This document shows, piece by piece, positions 48,425 through 55,709 of a DNA stretch of 64,000 bases. Below the pieces are notes generated by a model that saw only the letters and a list, made by a program, of their open reading frames with translations, was not told the origin of the DNA and made no database searches. Source of the stretch: Glycocaulis sp. (GTDB lineage Bacteria; Pseudomonadota; Alphaproteobacteria; Caulobacterales; Maricaulaceae); NCBI RefSeq assembly GCF_051859565.1, contig NZ_JBHYFK010000004.1, positions 271,099-335,098 on the forward strand, written 5' to 3'. The translations under genes were made by a program, and so were the position numbers. Position 1 is the first letter of the stretch, and every line of letters starts with the position of its first letter.

Positions 48425-50420
48425 TGTCTGTCCCTTCGGTATTTAGGTTCGACGCGGTCTCTGGAGCCTCGGGACGCGCCCAGAAACTCAGATAGTCGGG
48501 GCGCGCATAGCCCGCTTCTTCAAGCTCTGAGCGGATCGTCATCGCCTGATCACGCTCGCCTGCGAGCCAGTAAACGCGCGATGCCAGATCATTCATGCGC
48601 AGGTCGCCAATCAGATCGACATCGCCGATCAGCGCCATGGCTTCACGCAATACACGCTGCGTCTCAGGCCTTCCCAGCGCGATGAAGGCATCATGGCGTA
48701 GAAGCTGAGCCCTCAGGGCAAGCAGGCGCGCATTGGCGCGGCCCGCTTCCAGCTCGGATGTCAGACCGGCAAGTGCATTGGCCGCGCTGACAGCCGCCTC
48801 ATCATAAGCACCGGCCGCAAGCGCGACCTGACCGGAGAGAATGTCGAAACTGGCATTCTCCAGCACACGGCCGTCATAGCTGCCTTGCGGATCACGGCTT
48901 GCCCGCAGCCGCCGCGCCCGGTCGATCAGCAGCTGGGCGCGGATCAGCGCCGTATCGAATAGCGCCAGTTCGGCCCGGTCACGCTGCACAACCAGTAGCA
49001 GGCGCAGATAGCGCGCATTCTCAGGATCGCGTGCGGTGAGATCTTCCAGAAGCGATGCGGCCTGCTCCAGCGCCGCCGCGGCGCTGGCGGTGTCACCGGT
49101 GTCCACCCTTAGCGCGGCTTCGCCATGCACGGCGCTGGCCAGCCTGAATGCGGTGAGAAGATTGGCCGGTTCCTCGGCCAGCTGTCTGGCAAAAATTTCC
49201 CCCTCATCCCGGCGCGCATCGGCAGCTTCTGCCAGCTGGCCAGCGGCCCTGTAGGCGTCCGCTGTCCAGCCCAGCGCATTTGCCAGCTCGCCTGCATACT
49301 CACCGAACTCACCTTGCAGCGCCTCATAGCCAGCTCTCGCTACGCGAAGATCGTCGAGCGCCAGACCGGCCTCGCCACTCTCCAAGGCCATGACCGCCGC
49401 GTTCAGATGGGCGCTGGCTGCGCGCTGGCGTGCATCACGATTGTCCGGGGTGAGCGCCAGGAGCGCATCGGCATATTCCCGGCTTGTATCGAGCATTGCA
49501 CGCGCTCTTGCCATATCGCCGGCGCGATAGGCAGACACACCGGCTGATGATGTCAGTTCGGCAAAAGCCAGCAGGCTGCCAGCATCTGCCCGCAGGCCGG
49601 GCCCGCCCTCGCCTAGCGCCAGTGCCATTGAAAAGGCCTGCGCAGCACCTGACCGATCACCGGCAAGATCACGCGCCTCGGCAAGCCAGGTCAGCAGCCG
49701 CATTCGTCTGGCCACGTCATCGGGCGTTGGCGCAGGCGGCATGCCGCGTTCAAGGACGGCCTCTCCGGCTGCAATCATCACGCTCTGGCGGGCACTCGCC
49801 TGCAAGGGGGAAGCGATCTCGATCAGCTGGCTGTCCGCAAAGCGGATGGCTTCGGCCTCGGCAGCACGGCTGAGTTGCAGCTCGTTGCCCAGGTGGACGT
49901 TGAAAATTCCAAGCGCCAGGCAGATCGCCACGGCAGCCGTCAGTGCGATAAAAGAGCTGCGCAGATAAAGCCCGCGCCGTGTCCGGGGCACATTTGTGCC
50001 AGCCAAATCCAGAATCTTTTTGCCCACCGCATTGATATCGGCCGGCTCCCGGTCAGGGTAGATGGACCCCGCAAGAAATGGCGGCGGCAGAGACACGAGA
50101 AGCCCGTCCGGTCCGCGGTCGCAGGCGAGAACTGGCGGCAAGGCCGGCTCTTCGCTGCTGCCGCCAAGCTCTACGCGTACCAGGCGTTCGCGCGGCGCGC
50201 TCCGGAGAAATCCGGCAACAGCGCGGCTGACCGCAAGGTCTTCGACAGTCGCTTCCGAATAGCATACGACGAGCCAGCCGGGCACAGGATCGGTCTCCGC
50301 TTTCCAGCCAACGACGACCGGACTGCCCTGGCGCATCAGCCAGGCTGCAAGCCCCCACACGCGGGCACGGTCGCCGTCCGAACAGATCAGCGCGATGACA
50401 GCGGCGTTATTCATGGCCAC
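48414..50420 (-). CDS. single-pass membrane protein: TIR-like/flavodoxin-fold N-domain, TM, about 490-aa TPR-like helical-repeat domain
   Basis: The N-terminal AVIALICSDGDRARVWGLAAWLMRQGSPVVVGW..WLVVCYSE has a beta-alpha-beta pattern like TIR_2-type domains. RTRRG is followed by a TM (SSFIALTAAVAICLALGIFNV, residues about 156-175). An Ala/Leu/Arg-rich repeat region follows. Confidence 0.65.
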   Translation of the reverse strand: MAMNNAAVIALICSDGDRARVWGLAAWLMRQGSPVVVGWKAETDPVPGWLVVCYSEATVEDLAVSRAVAGFLRSAPRERLVRVELGGSSEEPALPPVLACDRGPDGLLVSLPPPFLAGSIYPDREPADINAVGKKILDLAGTNVPRTRRGLYLRSSFIALTAAVAICLALGIFNVHLGNELQLSRAAEAEAIRFADSQLIEIASPLQASARQSVMIAAGEAVLERGMPPAPTPDDVARRMRLLTWLAEARDLAGDRSGAAQAFSMALALGEGGPGLRADAGSLLAFAELTSSAGVSAYRAGDMARARAMLDTSREYADALLALTPDNRDARQRAASAHLNAAVMALESGEAGLALDDLRVARAGYEALQGEFGEYAGELANALGWTADAYRAAGQLAEAADARRDEGEIFARQLAEEPANLLTAFRLASAVHGEAALRVDTGDTASAAAALEQAASLLEDLTARDPENARYLRLLLVVQRDRAELALFDTALIRAQLLIDRARRLRASRDPQGSYDGRVLENASFDILSGQVALAAGAYDEAAVSAANALAGLTSELEAGRANARLLALRAQLLRHDAFIALGRPETQRVLREAMALIGDVDLIGDLRMNDLASRVYWLAGERDQAMTIRSELEEAGYARPDYLSFWARPEAPETASNLNTEGTDNEG

Positions 50421-51093
50421 CCCCTCCGTTGAGAGGGGCTGGTTGCAAGACCGGTTCAGCAGTTACAGCTTTCAACCCGCCTGTGAGCAATTCCCCGGCC
50501 AGATCCGTCAGATGAGAGGCCAGGGCCGATCGTTGCCCGGCTGAAAGCGGCGCTGCAGCGTACAGCAACTCAGCATAAGCAATATCGAGCTCACGAATGG
50601 AGCCAGGGTCAACCGGCACAAATGAGGTGATCGGCACACTCAAAATGCGCGCAATCTCCACCGCTTCAGGAAAGCTCGGATCGGCGCCATCATAAATCTG
50701 CATGAGGCGGGCAAGTCCCAGAAACTCAATCAGCTCCTGCTCCGCAGCGAGACCGCGATGGGATGCAATAAGCTGAATGCTCGCCCCGAAACTGGGTAAC
50801 GAGAATTTTCTGGTCGCCTCGTCGCCCCCTCCGGCCAAATCCCCAACCCGGTCAGCTGCCCCTAGAGAATCAATCATTTGTAGTAATTCACTTTTTACGC
50901 AACCCCCTACTGCCGCAATGCTACTTATACGTATAATTTCTGCGCTTACAACTACCGCGTAAATCGCATTACGGCGTCGATTGCAAACTCCTGCCAACAC
51001 CACTGCTCGGGGCTCACGGATAGCAGCCAAAGTGGCGCACTCGATGACAACCATTGAGGTCGGCCAGCGATAATTGCGTGATAACATCAGCAC
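50407..51093 (-). CDS. HTH (XRE-like) domain protein; true start probably Met73 (50877)
   Basis: ..IQLIASHRGLAAEQELIEFLGLARLMQIYDGADPSFPEAVEIARILSVPITSFV.. fits the HTH_3 pattern. The first 72 codons lie in the AT-rich cassette and look non-coding. The stop overlaps the next gene's start. Confidence 0.55.
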   Translation of the reverse strand: MLMLSRNYRWPTSMVVIECATLAAIREPRAVVLAGVCNRRRNAIYAVVVSAEIIRISSIAAVGGCVKSELLQMIDSLGAADRVGDLAGGGDEATRKFSLPSFGASIQLIASHRGLAAEQELIEFLGLARLMQIYDGADPSFPEAVEIARILSVPITSFVPVDPGSIRELDIAYAELLYAAAPLSAGQRSALASHLTDLAGELLTGGLKAVTAEPVLQPAPLNGGGGHE

Positions 51094-51143
51094 TCCGACA
51101 GTGGATGACCATTAAATCACTGCGCGCCTTACAGTATTTTATA

Positions 51144-51665
51144 TCAATTTACTAAAAGGACCGAAAATATAACCGCCACTAAATTTGACCCGAAGTGCAT
51201 AATGCTTAAACAAAAAATACTTTCTAAAAAATTATATTGAACCCGGTAATGCAAATAACACAAGGCGTACAAACCAAATGCCATGGCCGCTGATGTTGAG
51301 TGCACGAACCCATCGTGCATCAGGAACGCCACACACGGAACAACTATAATCGCAGCAAAAATGCGAAGGGCCTTATTAAATCTAAAAATTTCAATAATTA
51401 GTATTATAGCAGCCGACTCAACAATTGGGGCAAAAACCAATACAACAAATAGGCCGCCGCCGCCCCAAAGAAACGCCGAAAAATTAAATTGTATCAAAAA
51501 CTGTATTGCTGGTGCGAACAAAAACAACGATATAGCTGTTGTTAAAAGCTTTATTGCCGCGCCCAGAGAAATTATCTTCACCACAAAAAGTAGAAAACTT
51601 TTTTCTCTACGCAGAATAGAAGATGCCACTAACGTGGCATCTTCTGAACGGTCAAACCTAAGCAC
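51144..51665 (-). CDS. CPBP (CAAX/Abi)-like intramembrane protease family protein; candidate immunity protein
   Basis: Polytopic and AT-rich. The motifs are APIVES..EIFR (degenerate EExxxR), FLMH (FxxH; the classical second motif is FxxxH) and MHFGSNL (HxxxN). It lies immediately downstream of the double-glycine (GG) leader peptide gene. Confidence 0.5.
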   Translation of the reverse strand: MLRFDRSEDATLVASSILRREKSFLLFVVKIISLGAAIKLLTTAISLFLFAPAIQFLIQFNFSAFLWGGGGLFVVLVFAPIVESAAIILIIEIFRFNKALRIFAAIIVVPCVAFLMHDGFVHSTSAAMAFGLYALCYLHYRVQYNFLESIFCLSIMHFGSNLVAVIFSVLLVN

Positions 51666-51858
51666 TTCGAAGAGCCCTATCCTCAGACACGGACAGCTGT
51701 GGCCCTGCGTCCACTTGCCTGTTCATCCAATCGATAATTTCTCCGAGTTTCGAAGTGAAAGGAAGGTTCGCTTCATTACCAAAATCTTGCCAATTTTCGA
51801 ACCATGGGAATGCTCCACCGGAAACCAGAGCGACTTCATCAGCTTGAAGGGTTTTCAT
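51658..51858 (-). CDS. double-glycine-leader peptide precursor (bacteriocin/microcin- or pheromone-type), 66 aa
   Basis: The leader MKTLQADEVALVSGG has M(-15), L(-12), E(-8), V(-7), V(-4) and GG(-2,-1), matching the LSxxELxxIxGG consensus. ggaga lies about 8 nt before the ATG. A C39-ABC exporter and HlyD are encoded nearby. Confidence 0.7.
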   Translation of the reverse strand: MKTLQADEVALVSGGAFPWFENWQDFGNEANLPFTSKLGEIIDWMNRQVDAGPQLSVSEDRALRSA

Positions 51859-52020
51859 TACCTACTTCTCCAAAAATTGCTACTTGTTTGATCGCATTTG
51901 CAACCTCATGCACCCTACACACAACCGAAACGAGAGCAACTTTTTCAATTTTTGTTTCTTGTTTTAGTTGTGGAGAGATGTCTTTCTATCTTTTAGTGCA
52001 GCATGTTAAATGGAGCTTCG

Positions 52021-53250
52021 TCACGCACGCACCGCCATCACTGGATCGATAAACCATCGCCATAACGGGCGCCGGTCCACGATCACGTCGGCCATCACGG
52101 TCATACCGGCTTGCAAAGGGCGCTCGTCGCCATAGGCCGCCAATGCCTGTTGCCCAAGCTCCACCCGGAGCCGATATACCGGCTGGCTTACCGGAATAGG
52201 GCCGGCAACTTCGATTGGTGACAAGGCCGATGTCGAAATCTCGATCACATGCCCGCTCAGCGTACCAAAGCGCTGATAGTTGAAGGCATCGACGCGCAAG
52301 CGCACGTCCTGGCCGTTGGCGATGAAGCCCGCAGCACTCGTCGGCACCAGAAGATAGCCCTGGAGGACCTGGCCTTCGGGGAGTATGGCGGCTAGGGGTT
52401 GGTCCGGGCGCACCGTAGCACCCAGTTGGGCCTGTATGGCTGTGATCTGCCCGCTCACCGGAGCGCTGAGCACATAGCCGGCGGCGCGGTCCAACTCCTG
52501 GCGAGCCTGTGAGAGGGCAGCCGCTTCACTACGCAGCCGCGACAGAGCGATATCATGGTCCAAAGGAAGTTGTTCGAGGGCATGCTGGACTTCGCGCCGT
52601 TCGCTGCGCCGCTGGATGGTCAGCGCGTCGATATCCTCTTTCGATGTAAGCGCCGCCAAATAGCCCTGCCTGCGTTGATCGACATCAGCGCGCGGAGCAA
52701 AGCCGCGATCAGCGAGATCTCGCCAGCGGGCAAGCTGCGCCTCGGCGACTTCAACACTCTCGCTTGCAAGGGCGGCGCGGACCGTAAGACGGTCCAGTTC
52801 CGAGGCGAGTGAAATCAGACGCGCTTGCAGCCTTTCTTGCTGCTGGCTGAATTGTTGTGTCTGGGCTTCACGCTGCAACCGCAGTTCGCTGATCCGGCTT
52901 TCAATCTCAGCGCGCTGAGACGACGCTGAGCCACCCTCGGCCCCGAAAAGCTCGGTGCTCAGCCGGATGACCGGATCACCCGCCGAAACCGTTTGGCCTT
53001 CCTCGACGAATAGCTCTGCCACCACACCGCCGCCAACAGGGGTGATCGTAGCAATACCGCCCTCGGGCGCCAGATAGCCAACAACCGTTTCCTTGCGGGA
53101 GAACTCTGCAAAAATCACAAAGATTGCCACGCCGAACGTGATGGCGCTAAAGGCTAGCGTCATCACAGCCAGTATCCGTGGCTGCACAATCACCGCCTCG
53201 CCCATGCCTGTGTCGGATCTGGCTTCAAGAACTTCCCGCCGAAAAAGCAT
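52021..53250 (-). CDS. HlyD/CvaA-family membrane fusion (secretion) protein
   Basis: MLFRREVLEARSDTGMGEAVIVQP.. is followed by a TM, a lipoyl-like hairpin (GGVVAELFVEEGQTVSAGDPVIRL) and a long coiled coil. Confidence 0.9.
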   Translation of the reverse strand: MLFRREVLEARSDTGMGEAVIVQPRILAVMTLAFSAITFGVAIFVIFAEFSRKETVVGYLAPEGGIATITPVGGGVVAELFVEEGQTVSAGDPVIRLSTELFGAEGGSASSQRAEIESRISELRLQREAQTQQFSQQQERLQARLISLASELDRLTVRAALASESVEVAEAQLARWRDLADRGFAPRADVDQRRQGYLAALTSKEDIDALTIQRRSERREVQHALEQLPLDHDIALSRLRSEAAALSQARQELDRAAGYVLSAPVSGQITAIQAQLGATVRPDQPLAAILPEGQVLQGYLLVPTSAAGFIANGQDVRLRVDAFNYQRFGTLSGHVIEISTSALSPIEVAGPIPVSQPVYRLRVELGQQALAAYGDERPLQAGMTVMADVIVDRRPLWRWFIDPVMAVRA

Positions 53251-53333
53251 GCGGCCCGGCTCCCCTGTATTGACCCTGCACCTTCAGGATGTAGCAATCC
53301 AATAACCGGGGCAACGGCGGAAACCAATTATCC

Positions 53334-55445
53334 ATGATTGAAGAACTGTTCCATCGCGGACGGATACCAACGATTCTCCAGTCGGAAGCCTCTGAATGCG
53401 GGCTGGCCTGCCTGGCCATGGTGGCATCCCGGCATGGGCGCAGGACTAATCTTGCAGAACTGCGGGCAAAACTATCGCTGTCGTTAAAGGGCATGACGCT
53501 GCAGGGGCTCATGCAGGCAGCAGACGGTATGGGGTTCTCCTGCAGGGCCGTGCGGTGCGAGCTGGAGGAACTCGGTCAGCTCCGTCTGCCAGCGATCCTT
53601 CACTGGGATATGAACCATTTTGTGGTGCTGGCCTCGGTAAAGCGCGGACAGGCGGTTATCCATGACCCGGCACGGGGCCAGCGCGAGCTCTCTCTTGCTG
53701 AAGTGTCAAAGAGCTTTACCGGCGTTGCCCTGGAGCTGACCCCAACGCCGTTTTTCGAAACCAAGCGTACCGTTGCCACGCTCAAGCTGGGCGATTTCTG
53801 GTCACGCATCCGCGGGCTTTCGGGCAGTCTCTGGCAGCTCTTTTTCCTGTCACTCTTGCTTCAGCTCTTCGTGATCGTGGGGCCGCTGGTCAATCAGATC
53901 GTCGTCGATGAAGCGATTACCAAAGCCGATCTTGATCTTCTCAATACCGTGATCATCGGCTTCCTGATCCTAACACTCCTGCAGGTAGCCATAACGGCCA
54001 TACGCGGCTTTGTTGCCATGTATCTGGGCAATCTTATGACCTTCCAGATGCAGGCCAATCTGCTGCGGCATCTCATGCGCCTGCCGGCTGACTTTTTCGA
54101 AAAGCGCCATGTGGGCGCCATCGTTACACGCTTCCGCTCCATCGAGCCGATCCAGAACCTGATCACATCGGGAGTCATCGGGGCGGCGCTCGACGGGTTG
54201 ATGGCCATTGGCACGCTCATCTTCATGTTCTTCTATGCGCCAACGCTCACCCTAGTCGTGCTGGGTTTTCTCGCGCTGTACTTCATCGCGCGCTTTGCAA
54301 GCTTTCCCTATGTGCGACGTATGACTGAGGAACAGATCCAGACCTCGGCAGACGTTCAGTCGCATTTTCTGGAAACAATCCGCTCGATCCGCCCGGTCAA
54401 ACTCTTCGGCCGGGAAGAGCAACGCCATAATCGATGGCAGAACCTGTTTGCCACCAACCTGAACATCGGCATCCGGCTGGAACGGTTTGGAATCTGGTCC
54501 GGCTCCGGTCATGCGTTGTTATCAGGTGCGCAGACACTTATCGTTCTTTATCTCGGAGCACGCGCGGTCATCGCCGGAGACATGACACTCGGCATGCTGT
54601 TCGCATTCCAGTCCTACAGATCGTCGTTTACTGGCGCTGCGATCGGACTGGTGAACACGCTCTTTTCATGGCGGCTTGTCGGCCTCCATCTTGAACGCCT
54701 GGCCGACATTGCGCAGACCGAACCCGAAGAGCCGCAGGAAAAGCTTCCCTCCCTGCCCCAGAAGCTTCAAGGAGCAATCAGCGTACAAAATCTGCGTTTC
54801 CGGTATGGCGACCATGAGCCGTGGGTTATCGACGGTATCAACCTTGATATTGCGCCAGGTGAGAAGGTCGCCATCGTGGGCCGGTCGGGTGGGGGCAAGT
54901 CCACTCTGATGAAACTGCTTCTTGGTCTATATACCGCGCAAGAGGGCAGCATCGGCTACGATGGCCGCAATCTTGTTCATCTGGGACGGCGTGCGGTGCG
55001 CGCACAAATTGGTGTGGTGATGCAGGATGACCGCCTGCTCTCGGGTACGTTAGCGGAGAACATTTCCTTTTTCGACACAGCATTGGATATGCGCCATGTA
55101 GAGTGGTGCGCAAAGGCTGCAGCCATTCACGATGAGATCACCGCCATGCCCATGGGCTATCTCAGCCTTGTAGGCGATATGGGCTCGGCGCTGTCAGGCG
55201 GGCAGATACAGCGTATCCTCCTAGCCCGCGCGCTCTATAACAGGCCTTCGATCCTCATGCTGGATGAAGGCACGGCCAATCTCGACAAGCAGAGCGAGGA
55301 ACGGATTACACAGGCCCTTGCGCGAATCCCCGTCACGCAAATCATCATTGCCCATCGGCCACAGGCGATAGCGTATGTCGATCGGGTAATGGAGATGTCT
55401 GATGGACAACTTCGAGCGTCGGGCTCAGAGCAAACGGCCCAATAA
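53334..55445 (+). CDS. peptidase C39 domain-containing ABC transporter (bacteriocin/microcin exporter, CvaB/ComA-like)
   Basis: N-terminal ..IPTILQSEASECGLACLAMVASRHG.. is the C39 catalytic Cys context. Six TM segments. Walker A GRSGGGKST, signature LSGGQIQR and Walker B ILMLDEGT. Confidence 0.95.
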   Translation: MIEELFHRGRIPTILQSEASECGLACLAMVASRHGRRTNLAELRAKLSLSLKGMTLQGLMQAADGMGFSCRAVRCELEELGQLRLPAILHWDMNHFVVLASVKRGQAVIHDPARGQRELSLAEVSKSFTGVALELTPTPFFETKRTVATLKLGDFWSRIRGLSGSLWQLFFLSLLLQLFVIVGPLVNQIVVDEAITKADLDLLNTVIIGFLILTLLQVAITAIRGFVAMYLGNLMTFQMQANLLRHLMRLPADFFEKRHVGAIVTRFRSIEPIQNLITSGVIGAALDGLMAIGTLIFMFFYAPTLTLVVLGFLALYFIARFASFPYVRRMTEEQIQTSADVQSHFLETIRSIRPVKLFGREEQRHNRWQNLFATNLNIGIRLERFGIWSGSGHALLSGAQTLIVLYLGARAVIAGDMTLGMLFAFQSYRSSFTGAAIGLVNTLFSWRLVGLHLERLADIAQTEPEEPQEKLPSLPQKLQGAISVQNLRFRYGDHEPWVIDGINLDIAPGEKVAIVGRSGGGKSTLMKLLLGLYTAQEGSIGYDGRNLVHLGRRAVRAQIGVVMQDDRLLSGTLAENISFFDTALDMRHVEWCAKAAAIHDEITAMPMGYLSLVGDMGSALSGGQIQRILLARALYNRPSILMLDEGTANLDKQSEERITQALARIPVTQIIIAHRPQAIAYVDRVMEMSDGQLRASGSEQTAQ

Positions 55446-55474
55446 TTGAGGACCCGGAGGGTTCCAGACCATAG

Positions 55475-55504
55475 GCAGAAAGCCGGAAGTTAGAGTTTTC
55501 CGGC
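55475..55504 (-). terminator. intrinsic terminator candidate (minus strand)
   Basis: On the minus strand: gccggaaaactctaacttccggc followed by tttct, 23 nt after the 60-codon ORF. Confidence 0.4.
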
Positions 55505-55526
55505 GGTGATCAGGGGGGCGAGCTAA

Positions 55527-55709
55527 TTATACAAAGTTGCCAAGAGGTTGCACCCAATCGCGCTGTGGCATCTGCTCTAGTTGTAGTCTATACGCCAAGT
55601 CTCCAGCTTTTCGCAGGCGCCGGTAAGGCTCATGAACCAATTTGCGGGCACGCGGATTAAGTTCGCTGCCACGAACCGTACTCCGATTCAGCGATCTCCT
55701 CATTGTCAC
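55527..55709 (-). pseudogene. 60-codon ORF in the position of the RES-domain toxin; too short to be intact
   Basis: ATGA overlap with the upstream DUF2384 antitoxin gene, but only 263 nt separate that gene from the converging ABC gene. RES domains need about 150 aa or more. Confidence 0.35.

Larger units (their letters stand above)
36038..55530. mobile_element. integrase-associated genomic island inserted at tRNA-Ser (right boundary uncertain)
   Basis: A tyrosine integrase starts 128 nt after the tRNA 3' end. GC content is visibly lower and patchy. The cargo is accessory: nucleases, HTH regulators, a bacteriocin-type exporter and a toxin-antitoxin remnant. High-GC polysaccharide genes resume at 56270. 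No long direct repeat of the tRNA 3' end was found by eye. Confidence 0.6.

Noticed and set aside
55456-55472. ggagggttccagacc resembling the tRNA-Ser T-arm (gagggttcgaatcc) as attR
   Set aside because: Only 8 contiguous identical bases. That is too short to call.
55527-55709. Calling the 60-aa ORF an intact RES toxin
   Set aside because: It is far too short for a RES domain and I see no R-E-S motif spacing. It is reported as a remnant only.
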